From: an uncultured Pelagibacteraceae bacterium
Lineage (GTDB): Bacteria; Pseudomonadota; Alphaproteobacteria; Pelagibacterales; Pelagibacteraceae
NCBI GenBank assembly: GCA_902517745.1
Contig: CABYDS010000003.1
Coordinates: 33,022-97,021, forward strand
DNA: 64,000 nucleotides
Reading direction: 5' to 3'
The notes under the pieces are model-generated. The model was not told the origin of the DNA. It searched no databases and saw only the letters and a program-made list of their open reading frames with translations. The number at the start of each line of letters is the position of its first letter. Within the stretch, counting starts at the first letter, position 1. Below are positions 43,991-53,304 of the stretch, piece after piece. The position numbers were made by a program, and so were the translations under genes.

Positions 43991-44864
43991 TTCTACTTAC
44001 CGTTACTTGTTTATTTAAATATATTTCTCTTCGAAATATAATGATTGATGATATTATTACCAGTGAAGCACCCATCAATGTTTTAATTGTGGGAATTTCA
44101 TCCCAAATAAAATATCCAAAAGATATTGCAAATATTAATCCTAAATATTTAAGAGGTGTAACCAGAGAAACCTCGGATAATTTATATGATTGACTTAATA
44201 ATAAATTAGCTGTTCCTCCCAACAAGCCAATTGTACATAATAGTAAGAAATCATTAAAAGTTGGCATGATCCATCCAAATGGTATTGATAAAACTCCAAC
44301 AATTGTAATTGCAAAAGAAAAAAAGAATGAGATCAACCAGACTGGTTCTGTGGATGAAAGTTTTCGAATTGTAATTGCAACGTAAGACATTCCAATACAA
44401 AAGATTATTGGAAATAAATAATAAATATTTAAGCTAGAAAATCCTGGTTGGGTAATTACTAAAACACCAATAAAACCAACAAATACTGCGGCCCATCTAT
44501 ATACTCCTACTTTCTCACTTAGTAAAAATATTGATAGCAAAGTTGTAAATATAGGTGCAGCAAATGAAATACTTGTCACTGTTGCAAGTGGTAGGTTTCT
44601 TAGTGCCAAAAATATTGCAGCTAAAGCTATCAGTCCTGAACAACATCTTATTAAATGTAATCCTGGTCTATTTGTTTTGTAAAAATCTCTAAATCTTGTC
44701 TTAGGAACTAGAAAAATTATTGGCAAAATACCAAATAGACCTCTAAAGAACATTACCTGTCCAATTGGATAATCTGATGACCACTTGACTATTACATCCA
44801 TAAATGAAAAGGCACATATTGATAAAAACATGTAAAAAAAGCCTAATTGATTTTTGGAAAGCAT
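43983..44864 (-). CDS. DMT/EamA family transporter
   Basis: About 10 TM; two EamA repeats (APIFTTLLSIFLLSEKV; WDEIP). Confidence 0.88.
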   Translation of the reverse strand: MLSKNQLGFFYMFLSICAFSFMDVIVKWSSDYPIGQVMFFRGLFGILPIIFLVPKTRFRDFYKTNRPGLHLIRCCSGLIALAAIFLALRNLPLATVTSISFAAPIFTTLLSIFLLSEKVGVYRWAAVFVGFIGVLVITQPGFSSLNIYYLFPIIFCIGMSYVAITIRKLSSTEPVWLISFFFSFAITIVGVLSIPFGWIMPTFNDFLLLCTIGLLGGTANLLLSQSYKLSEVSLVTPLKYLGLIFAISFGYFIWDEIPTIKTLMGASLVIISSIIIFRREIYLNKQVTVSRNE

Positions 44865-44898
44865 GATAATAACTTTAGATTAATTAAAATTTTTAGCA

Positions 44899-45345
44899 AT
44901 GGAAATAGCAACTTTAGCACTTGGATGTTTTTGGGGACCCGAAATAAAATTTAGCAAGTTAGATGGAGTAATAAATACAGAGGTTGGATATTGTGGAGGT
45001 AATACTGAGAAGACATCTTATAAAGAAGTATGTTATGGTGACACCAATCACGCAGAAGTAGTTAAAGTTGAATTTGACAATACTAAAATTTCTTATGAGG
45101 AAATAATAAGAAACTTTTTTGAATTTCATGATCCAACTACTTTAAACCGGCAAGGTCCAGATGTAGGTACTCAGTATAGAAGTGAAATATTTGTTCATGA
45201 TGAAAATCAAAATAAAATCGCTAACAAAGTATTGAAAGAAATTAATGAAAAATTTAAGGGTAAAATCGTTACCAAAATATCAAAATCAAAAAATTATAAC
45301 AAAGCCGAAGATTATCATCAGAAATATTTGGAAAGAAGTTTCTAA
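44899..45345 (+). CDS. msrA: Peptide methionine sulfoxide reductase A (short)
   Basis: GCFWG, HAEVV, HDPTTLNRQGPDVGTQYRS and AEDYHQKY motifs. Confidence 0.95.
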   Translation: MEIATLALGCFWGPEIKFSKLDGVINTEVGYCGGNTEKTSYKEVCYGDTNHAEVVKVEFDNTKISYEEIIRNFFEFHDPTTLNRQGPDVGTQYRSEIFVHDENQNKIANKVLKEINEKFKGKIVTKISKSKNYNKAEDYHQKYLERSF

Positions 45346-46157
45346 TGTCACTTATATCAACTGAGTGGCTAGAAAATAATCTCTTAAATGTAAAAATAAT
45401 TGATGGCTCTTGGCATATGCCTGCAGCAAATAGAAGTGGTAAAGAAGAGTTTAATAAAGAGCATATACCAAATGCAATTTTTTTTGATATCGACAAAAAT
45501 TGTAATAAATCAACCGACTTACCACATATGTTAACGGACATTAGTTCGTGGGAAAATATACTATCATCTATGGGCATATCTAACGAAGACGAAATTGTGA
45601 TTTATGATAATTCTGATGTTTTAAGTGCTTGTAGAGTATGGTTTAATTTAATTTACTTTGGCCATGATAAAAAGAAGGTACATGTTTTAGATGGAGGTTT
45701 TAATAAATGGAAAAAAGAAAAAAGAATAACTTCTACTAATAATATAATTATTCAAACAACTAGCTATAAAGCAAAAGAAAATAATGGCATGGTTAAGAGC
45801 AAAGATCAGATTGACCAAAATATAATTAAAAAAAAATTTGATTTAGTTGATGCGAGAAGCAAAGATCGTTTTAATGGCACAACTCCAGACCCAAGAAGAA
45901 ATGTAAGAAGTGGTTCAATACCTAATTCAATTTGCTTACCGTTTAAAACCCTTATCAATGACGATTTTACTTTTAAAAGTAAATCTGAAATTTCTTCTTA
46001 TTTTAAAGATTTATCTTTAAATGACCCAGTAAATGTAGTGTTTTCGTGCGGTTCTGGGATCACAGCATGTGTTTTGGCACTTGCATATTCTCAAGTAAAT
46101 AATAAGTATCTTCCAGTCATTTATGATGGTTCATGGGCTGAATATGGTAAAATATAA
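45345..46157 (+). CDS. sseA: 3-mercaptopyruvate sulfurtransferase (tandem rhodanese)
   Basis: HIPNA.FFD, LPHM, active-site loop SCGSGITAC and YDGSWAEY. Confidence 0.9.
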   Translation: MSLISTEWLENNLLNVKIIDGSWHMPAANRSGKEEFNKEHIPNAIFFDIDKNCNKSTDLPHMLTDISSWENILSSMGISNEDEIVIYDNSDVLSACRVWFNLIYFGHDKKKVHVLDGGFNKWKKEKRITSTNNIIIQTTSYKAKENNGMVKSKDQIDQNIIKKKFDLVDARSKDRFNGTTPDPRRNVRSGSIPNSICLPFKTLINDDFTFKSKSEISSYFKDLSLNDPVNVVFSCGSGITACVLALAYSQVNNKYLPVIYDGSWAEYGKI

Positions 46158-46160
46158 AAT

Positions 46161-47177
46161 ATGAAAAGATCAACAAAAATTACAAGCATAATAATAATTT
46201 TCTTTTTAATTATAGCTACAGTGATTGTTGGTAGAACAATGATTGGAAATCATTTTAAGAAGAAATTTAGTAAAAGACCACCTCCAGGGATAATTGTTAC
46301 TGCAGCTGAAAATAGAGTTTTTGAAAATTTAATAAGCACATACGGAACAGCAAGACCATTTAAAACACAATCCTATAAAATTGAGAAGTATGAAATACTT
46401 AAACCTATCAACTTTAATCAAAAAGTAAAAAAAGGTGATGTAATTGCAGAACTTAAAAATAGAAAAATTACTGCTCAGTTTGATGGAACAATTGGAAAAA
46501 GAGAATTTTCAGAAGACATCGAAGTTTCAAAATCTTCAATCTTAATTAATCTCGAAAATACCAGTATTATCTATTGTGATGTAGATATACCTGAAATGTT
46601 TGTACCATTTATTAAGGTTGGTTTACCTGTTGATATAAAATTTTCTGGATACAAAGATAAAACCTATAAAGGTGAAGTTGACTCGTTAGCTAGCCGAATT
46701 AGTGAGGATACTAGATCATTACCAACAAGGATAAAAATGGATAATACATCTGGTGAAATTTTGCCTGGCTCGTTTTTAGAAATTTCAATAAAATATGATA
46801 CAAGAGAAAGCTTAAGTATCCCGGATACCAGCACAATAGTGGAAGGTGATAATATATTTATCTATAAAGTTGACGAAAAAAATAAAGTATTAAAAACAAA
46901 TATTGATACTGGCGATAGATACCTTGGTTTTGTTGAAGTTTTAAATGGTCTAAAAGTTGGTGACAAAGTTGTTGCTGAGGGCACAAAAAAAGTCAGACCA
47001 AATTTAATAATAAGACCTATAAAAAAGGGTGCTAAAGTAGCTAATCAAAACAAATCTGGTTGGGGTGGAAAAAAGAAAAAAGATACTAAAGAAAACAAGA
47101 ATGGTATGTTTGCGTGGTTACAAAAATTAAATATATTTAAAAAGTCTGACTCTGAAAAACAAGAAAATAAAAAATAA
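46161..47177 (+). CDS. RND efflux periplasmic adaptor (MFP) lacking the alpha-hairpin
   Basis: N-terminal TM anchor; lipoyl halves VKKGDVIAEL and ITAQFDGTIG; DIPE, TRS, LPG and GLKVGDKVVAEG motifs. Confidence 0.85.
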   Translation: MKRSTKITSIIIIFFLIIATVIVGRTMIGNHFKKKFSKRPPPGIIVTAAENRVFENLISTYGTARPFKTQSYKIEKYEILKPINFNQKVKKGDVIAELKNRKITAQFDGTIGKREFSEDIEVSKSSILINLENTSIIYCDVDIPEMFVPFIKVGLPVDIKFSGYKDKTYKGEVDSLASRISEDTRSLPTRIKMDNTSGEILPGSFLEISIKYDTRESLSIPDTSTIVEGDNIFIYKVDEKNKVLKTNIDTGDRYLGFVEVLNGLKVGDKVVAEGTKKVRPNLIIRPIKKGAKVANQNKSGWGGKKKKDTKENKNGMFAWLQKLNIFKKSDSEKQENKK

Positions 47178-47184
47178 TTAATAC

Positions 47185-50100
47185 ATGTATATAACTGAAG
47201 TTAGTATTAAAAGACCTGTCGTTGCATGGGTAATGTCAATGATACTAATTATTTTTGGAATTTTTGTATTTTGGGAATTACCTGTTAGAGAATTACCAGA
47301 TGGCATTCAGCCTCCAGTAGTACAGGTACAAACTGATTATAAATCTGCTTCAGCTGAAATTGTTGACGAAGAAATAACACAAAAAATAGAAGATGTTATA
47401 GGAGGAGCGGAAGGAATTAAGAACATTGATTCTAGTTCGCTTAATGGAAGAAGTAGAATTAATATTTATTTTAATACAGATATAGATTTAGATGATGCAG
47501 CAAATGACATAAGAGAAAGAGTATCAAGAGTTGCGGACAATTTACCAGATCAAGCAAACCCGCCTCAAATTTTGAAACAAGCAGCAGGTTTTACTACCAC
47601 AATGTGGGTTGCGCTATCGTCACCAACTTGGAATGATTTGGATTTGGGTGATTATGCAGAAAGATATCTTATAGACGCCTTTTCGAGCGTACCAAATGTT
47701 GGTAGAATTTTAGTCGGTGGATTAAGAGAACTAAGCGTTAGAGTTTGGGTAGATCCTATCAAATTAGCAGCCAATAATCTTACTATTCAGGAAGTCGAGA
47801 GAGCATTAAGAAATGAAAATATAAACATCCCCGCTGGAACTTTAGAAGCTAGTAACAAAGATTTAACTCTTAATATTGATAAGTCTTACTCTAACATTGA
47901 AACAATCAAGCAGCTTCCTCTTAAGAAAAACAAAGATAAAGTCACAACCCTTTCTGATATTGCAAATGTTGAGCTTGGTCCAGTTTCTGAGAAAACTTTA
48001 TTTAAAGCTCAAAGAAAAAATGCAGCTAATTTAAAAACAGTTGGGATTGGAATATACGCAAAAAGTGGAGCATCAACTGTCGAACTTTCAAATCAAATCA
48101 AAGAGAAAATAAACGTTCTAAATCAATCTTTACCAGATGGTTTAAAGTTAGAAATAGCATTTAATAGAGCAACTTACGTAGGAACTGCAATACAGGAAGT
48201 TTATAAAAGTTTAATTATTGCTTTTATTTTGGTTGTAGTAATAATTTACTTGTTTTTAGGAAACCTAAAAGCTGTAATTGTACCAGCTGTAGCTTTGCCA
48301 GTAAGTTTAATTGGTTCGTTTTTAGGTTTATATATATTTGATCTTTCTATAAATATATTTGTTCTCCTAAGTTTTATTTTAGCAATTGGAATAATAACTG
48401 ATGATTCTGTAATAATGACAGATGCAATTTATACAAGAATTGAAAAAGGAGAAACGCCACTTGTAGCTGCTTATAAAGGCTCAAGACAAATAACATTTGC
48501 GATAATAGCTACAACTTTAATCTTAGTTGCAGTTTTTTTACCTTTAATTTTTATTGAAGGTATAGCTGGTACCTTGTTTAAGGAAACTGCAATAGCACTA
48601 TCTTTCTCAATTGTTGTTTCTTCGTTTGTAGCTTTAACTCTTTCACCAATGTTGGGAAGTAAATTTTTAAATAAAAAAGAAAAAATTAATTTTTTTGTAA
48701 AAAAATTTAATAATGGATTTAAATCTTTTACAGAATTTTATACCGATACCCTAAAATTTTGGATTAATAAACAGAAAACAATTTCGATATTTATAATTCT
48801 GTTAATTGCAGCCTCAGTTTATTTATTTAATTTCACAAAAAAAGAATTGATACCATTAGAAGATAGAGGAGCTTATTTAATTATAGGTTCCACAGACGAA
48901 GGAAGTTCATTCGAGTACACACAAGAAAAAGCCCAAATAATTGAGGGAAGAATATTAAAATTGTTACAAGCAGAAGACAGCCCTTACCAAAGATTAATTA
49001 TGAGGGTACCTGGTTTCGGTAAGTCCGCAACTTCATATAATACTTTTATTATAATAGCACTTTTAGATGAATGGAAAAATAGAGAAAAGAGCACACAAGT
49101 TGTTTTAAGAGAAGCTATTGGACAAGTTGTTAGTGTGCCTGAGACGTTTGCGTTTCCTATATCACCTCAATCTATAAGAGTTTCTAGCTACAATAAACCT
49201 GTTCAAATGGTGATTTATGGGACAAGTTATGAAGAGTTAGAACAAATTCAAAGCCAAGTTTTAAGAGAGCTAAGAAGAAATAGAAATATGTTTAGAATTG
49301 AAAGTGATTACACAAAAAATAAACCTGAAGTAAAATTAATTACTAACAAAAATAGAGCAAATGATTTAGGAGTTTCAATAGAGAATATAGGCAGAACACT
49401 AGAAACATTATACGGTGGAAAGAGGGTTACAACATATAATAAAGAAGGAAGAGAATATCCCATTATTCTTCAGCAGTATTTAGCAGATAGAAGAGATAAA
49501 GATGGCTTATCAAAGATTTTTGCAAGATCTGAAACTACAGGAAAATTAGTGTCAGTTGCAAGTTTGGTGGAATTTGAAGAGAAAGGAACTGCTGAGTCAT
49601 TACCTAGATATAATAGACAAAGAGCAGTAACTATATCGGCAGCTTTATCTGAAGAATACACATTGTCTGAAGCTATAAAATATTTAGAAGACGTAATGTT
49701 GAGAGTTGCTCCTCAAAATCAAATAACTTGGAAAGGTAAGTCTGAAGAACTAAAAGAGACTAGTAACGAAATATTTCTTATTTTCGCTTTAGCATTAATA
49801 ACTGCATATTTAGTAATGGCTGCTACTTTTAACTCGTTTGTCCATCCTTTTATTATAATATTGACTGTGCCTCTTGCAGTTTTTGGAGGTCTTGTATTCA
49901 TTTTATTTCTAAATAGTTCGATAAATATATTTTCACAAATCGCCTTGATTATATTAATCGGTATATCCACTAAAAATAGTATTTTAATCGTCGACTATAC
50001 TAATCAAATTCGAACTACAGGTGCAAAAATTGAGGAAGCATTGATGGAAGCTTGCAAATTAAGAATAAGACCCATCATAATGACTTCATTAAGCACCATG

Positions 50101-50313
50101 ATTGCAATGTTGCCTCTTATAGTAGGTAACATAGGTCCAGGCGCAGGTGAGGCGTCTAGATTAGCAGTTGGATCAACAATCTTTGGTGGAATGATTATTT
50201 CAACATTCTTTACATTATATGTGACGCCAACTATGTATTTAACACTAGCAAAAAATACCAAGAGAATAGATGCAGTAGATCTGGAGCTAGAAAAGCAATT
50301 GATTAAAAAATAA
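47185..50313 (+). CDS. RND efflux permease (AcrB/MdtB-like, HAE1)
   Basis: IKRPV start; TM4 GIITDD, TM10 KNSIL and TM11 RPIIMTS proton-relay residues; 1042 aa. Confidence 0.93.
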   Translation: MYITEVSIKRPVVAWVMSMILIIFGIFVFWELPVRELPDGIQPPVVQVQTDYKSASAEIVDEEITQKIEDVIGGAEGIKNIDSSSLNGRSRINIYFNTDIDLDDAANDIRERVSRVADNLPDQANPPQILKQAAGFTTTMWVALSSPTWNDLDLGDYAERYLIDAFSSVPNVGRILVGGLRELSVRVWVDPIKLAANNLTIQEVERALRNENINIPAGTLEASNKDLTLNIDKSYSNIETIKQLPLKKNKDKVTTLSDIANVELGPVSEKTLFKAQRKNAANLKTVGIGIYAKSGASTVELSNQIKEKINVLNQSLPDGLKLEIAFNRATYVGTAIQEVYKSLIIAFILVVVIIYLFLGNLKAVIVPAVALPVSLIGSFLGLYIFDLSINIFVLLSFILAIGIITDDSVIMTDAIYTRIEKGETPLVAAYKGSRQITFAIIATTLILVAVFLPLIFIEGIAGTLFKETAIALSFSIVVSSFVALTLSPMLGSKFLNKKEKINFFVKKFNNGFKSFTEFYTDTLKFWINKQKTISIFIILLIAASVYLFNFTKKELIPLEDRGAYLIIGSTDEGSSFEYTQEKAQIIEGRILKLLQAEDSPYQRLIMRVPGFGKSATSYNTFIIIALLDEWKNREKSTQVVLREAIGQVVSVPETFAFPISPQSIRVSSYNKPVQMVIYGTSYEELEQIQSQVLRELRRNRNMFRIESDYTKNKPEVKLITNKNRANDLGVSIENIGRTLETLYGGKRVTTYNKEGREYPIILQQYLADRRDKDGLSKIFARSETTGKLVSVASLVEFEEKGTAESLPRYNRQRAVTISAALSEEYTLSEAIKYLEDVMLRVAPQNQITWKGKSEELKETSNEIFLIFALALITAYLVMAATFNSFVHPFIIILTVPLAVFGGLVFILFLNSSINIFSQIALIILIGISTKNSILIVDYTNQIRTTGAKIEEALMEACKLRIRPIIMTSLSTMIAMLPLIVGNIGPGAGEASRLAVGSTIFGGMIISTFFTLYVTPTMYLTLAKNTKRIDAVDLELEKQLIKK

Positions 50314-50902
50314 TATATTTTCTAGTAGTCAAAGATTTACTACATTTATTAAGCTGCTTCTTGAATTTATTTGAATAACCCTCTACTTTTTTTGCCAATA
50401 CTATAACTTTCTGATTGTTTTTATAATTTTTATAATTTCCCCAGCCTTCATGATAAGCAATATATTGTCTGAAAGCATCTTTTTTTGAAACCTTTAAAAT
50501 TTTTTCCGTTTTGTTTGTATACCAGCCAATAAAATCAACACTATCTTTAAATCTAGTTCTTAAAGCATATTTATTTCCAGTCTCATCTTTATATTGTTTC
50601 CAAGTACCTTTAATAGCTTGTGAGTATCCAAATGAACTAGAAGGTCTTTTATAAGGTATAACTTTAAATAATTTTTGACGTGCAGGCTTAGCGAGCCAGT
50701 CAAAATCAGATTCCATTTTTATTATTGCTAATTGTAAGTTGATTGGTGTTCCCCACTTTTTTTCAGTTTTTTTCGCGTGTTTATACCAAAGATATCTCTC
50801 AGAAAATATTGAACAGCCATCTGCTGTATTTCGTGGTATCGATGAGCAAGCAGTTAAAAATAATAGACCAAAAAATAAAAAATACTTTCTAAAAAGAATC
50901 AC
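50303..50902 (-). CDS. Lytic transglycosylase-like lipoprotein (SLT_3 type)
   Basis: Lipobox LTAC; KMES catalytic Glu, SSSFGYSQA and AYHEG motifs. Confidence 0.8.
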   Translation of the reverse strand: MILFRKYFLFFGLLFLTACSSIPRNTADGCSIFSERYLWYKHAKKTEKKWGTPINLQLAIIKMESDFDWLAKPARQKLFKVIPYKRPSSSFGYSQAIKGTWKQYKDETGNKYALRTRFKDSVDFIGWYTNKTEKILKVSKKDAFRQYIAYHEGWGNYKNYKNNQKVIVLAKKVEGYSNKFKKQLNKCSKSLTTRKYIIF

Positions 50903-50915
50903 AGTTTAATATAAA

Positions 50916-51428
50916 TTATCTATTATTTTTTCTCCATATCCATGGATAATCAAATTCCATACTCCATAAACCTAACTTATTGTTTTTTGCATAAATTTGA
51001 TCTTTAGAATATTTTTTTTTTGAATATTTTGGATAATCAAAGGCTAATCCATTTCTTACCATGTAAGCTGAAACACTCTCATTATTGATAAAACACTCAC
51101 CTAAATACCTTCCAAAATAGTCTTTTTGGGGCTCGATTAAACATTTTAATTTTTTATTTATAATTTTTTCTGTAAGAGAATTTTTTGAAATTTTTCCACA
51201 ATTAAGTTTTTTTTTATTTTTTAAGCAAAACTGTTGCTTTCCTTTAAATTTAGTTTCTGGTGCATCTATTCCTGAAAAACGAATTTTTTTATTATCTAAT
51301 AAGATTGTATCACCATCAATTATTTTAACGTTATCTGAAATTAGGATTGTTTCTGACAGTAAGTAATTTGTTGCTACAAATGTAAATAAAAATAGAAAAC
51401 TAACTAACTTCAGTAGTTGCTTTTTCAT
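50916..51428 (-). CDS. Thermonuclease (SNase) family exported protein
   Basis: Signal peptide; IIDGDT, RFSGIDAPE, D.FGR and MVRNGLA motifs. Confidence 0.9.
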   Translation of the reverse strand: MKKQLLKLVSFLFLFTFVATNYLLSETILISDNVKIIDGDTILLDNKKIRFSGIDAPETKFKGKQQFCLKNKKKLNCGKISKNSLTEKIINKKLKCLIEPQKDYFGRYLGECFINNESVSAYMVRNGLAFDYPKYSKKKYSKDQIYAKNNKLGLWSMEFDYPWIWRKNNR

Positions 51429-51708
51429 TACATTCTTGCATTTTTTTTCTAATTTGATCTTCTGATATATTTTTGTCTTTTAAATCTTCATAAAGCTTTC
51501 TATAAACATCTTCATCACCTACCTCGGCAAAATCTGCTTTAATTACATCTTGAACATATTGATTTTTTTTTTCCTCATCGTATCCCAAAATTTGTGAGGC
51601 CCACTCTCCTAAATATTTATTTTTTCTTGCATTAATTTTGAATTGCTTTTCCTCATCATGAGCAAATTTTTTTTCAAAACCTTTTTTTCTATCATCAAAT
51701 GAACTCAT
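51400..51708 (-). CDS. F1Fo-ATPase inhibitor zeta subunit (DUF1476)
   Basis: MSSFDDRKKGFEKKFAHD...FKINARKNK.LG.WA...ADF.E.GDEDV matches the alphaproteobacterial zeta family. Confidence 0.88.
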   Translation of the reverse strand: MSSFDDRKKGFEKKFAHDEEKQFKINARKNKYLGEWASQILGYDEEKKNQYVQDVIKADFAEVGDEDVYRKLYEDLKDKNISEDQIRKKMQECNEKATTEVS

Positions 51709-51904
51709 TGCTTTCTACCCTATTATATTATTTCAAAAATTAAAAATGATATAAGAACATATATATTACCAAACATATCATTTATTTCAAATCATCTTTA
51801 GAAAATTATTAAATAGTAGAATTGCAAAATAATAAAAATTAATAGTAGATAAGTAAAATAATTGTTTTATGATATTCATAGTTAATCTATATTCAAAATC
51901 GTAA

Positions 51905-52615
51905 ATGAGTCACTTAATACTTGTTAGGCATGGTCAAAGCGAATGGAATTTAGAAAACAAATTTACAGGATGGGTCGACGTTGAGCTTGCACCACAAGGA
52001 AAATTAGAAGCCTGCAAAGCAGGAGAGTTAATAAAAAAATTAAATTTAGAAATCAAACATTTTTATACTTCTTATCAACTAAGATCGATTGATACTTTAA
52101 AACTCATTTTAAATACAATTAGAGTAAAACCAGATAATATTATTAAGGCCTGGCAATTAAATGAAAGGCACTACGGATCGCTGACAGGATTAAACAAAGA
52201 TGAAATGAGAAAAAAATTAGGAGAAGAAGAAGTTCACAAATTCAGAAGATCTTGGGATAATCCACCAAACCCATTGAATACAAATAGTCCATATCATCCA
52301 AAAAATATAAGTATTTACAATGATATACCCCGTAAACTAATTCCAGATACAGAGTCTCTCAAAGATACTTATGAAAGAGTTGTGCCCTATTTTGTTGAAA
52401 ACATAGAAAAAAATTTGCAGGGTAATATAATTATATCTGCTCATGGTAATTCTATTAGATCACTATTAAAATATTTATTTAAAATTGATAACAATGAAAT
52501 TTCTAAACTTGAAATACCAACAGGAAATCCTTTACTTTTGAAATTTGAAAAAAAGAATGTAAAAGAAGCTAAATACCTAGATCAGAGTAGATCTAAGGAT
52601 TTAATTAAATTCTAA
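51905..52615 (+). CDS. gpmA: 2,3-BPG-dependent phosphoglycerate mutase
   Basis: LVRHGQSEWN, FTGW, LNERHYG, AHGNS and IPTG motifs. Confidence 0.95.
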   Translation: MSHLILVRHGQSEWNLENKFTGWVDVELAPQGKLEACKAGELIKKLNLEIKHFYTSYQLRSIDTLKLILNTIRVKPDNIIKAWQLNERHYGSLTGLNKDEMRKKLGEEEVHKFRRSWDNPPNPLNTNSPYHPKNISIYNDIPRKLIPDTESLKDTYERVVPYFVENIEKNLQGNIIISAHGNSIRSLLKYLFKIDNNEISKLEIPTGNPLLLKFEKKNVKEAKYLDQSRSKDLIKF

Positions 52616-53304
52616 CCTTTTTGAAGAAGTTTTTCGTAAATATCTTTATCTGTTAAATGAAGAAACTCAATACCACTCTCGAAACCATGCAAGTTTTCCT
52701 TTTCAATGTAGTTATCCCAAATCTCATTCATTGAAAATATTTTTTTTGATAAATTTTTAAATATTTTTTTATTTATAATTTGACACCCTGTATAAATATA
52801 ATTTTTATCATTGTTCTTTTTTAAATTGTTGCCATCCATAGAAAAATCGCCTTTAAATCTTTTATCAAAACTTAAATCTTTTTTTACAACCATTAAAATA
52901 TTTTCTAAGTTATTTTTAAAATATATATTTTCCATCTTCTTAATTTCATTTACATATTCAGCGTTCCAAATTGTATCAGGATTGAAAACTATAAAATCTG
53001 TTTCAACTGAATTATTTACTACATTTAAAAGACCACCCCCTGTATCTAATATTTCTTTACCATCTTCTATAATTTGAATTTCTAAACCAAAATTATTTGA
53101 AAAAATGAAATCTTTTATTTTATCACTTAAATAGAAAGTATTAATTTTTAAAGATTTTATTTCTAATACTTTTATCAAATTTATAGTATTTTCTAATAAG
53201 CTAATCTCATTAATTTTTAAGAGTGGTTTTGGTGTTTTCTCAGTCAATGGCATTAATCTTTTTCCAAATCCTGCACATAAAATTATTGCTGTTTTAATTT
53301 TCAT
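52612..53304 (-). CDS. murU: MurNAc-alpha-1-phosphate uridylyltransferase-like nucleotidyltransferase
   Basis: LCAGFGKRLMPLT..PKPL and LDTGGG; adjacent to amgK. Confidence 0.78.
   Translation of the reverse strand: MKIKTAIILCAGFGKRLMPLTEKTPKPLLKINEISLLENTINLIKVLEIKSLKINTFYLSDKIKDFIFSNNFGLEIQIIEDGKEILDTGGGLLNVVNNSVETDFIVFNPDTIWNAEYVNEIKKMENIYFKNNLENILMVVKKDLSFDKRFKGDFSMDGNNLKKNNDKNYIYTGCQIINKKIFKNLSKKIFSMNEIWDNYIEKENLHGFESGIEFLHLTDKDIYEKLLQKG

Noticed and set aside
50303-51428. Prophage remnant or defence module (transglycosylase plus nuclease)
   Set aside because: Both are exported housekeeping-type proteins; no integrase, structural genes, att repeats or obvious compositional shift.
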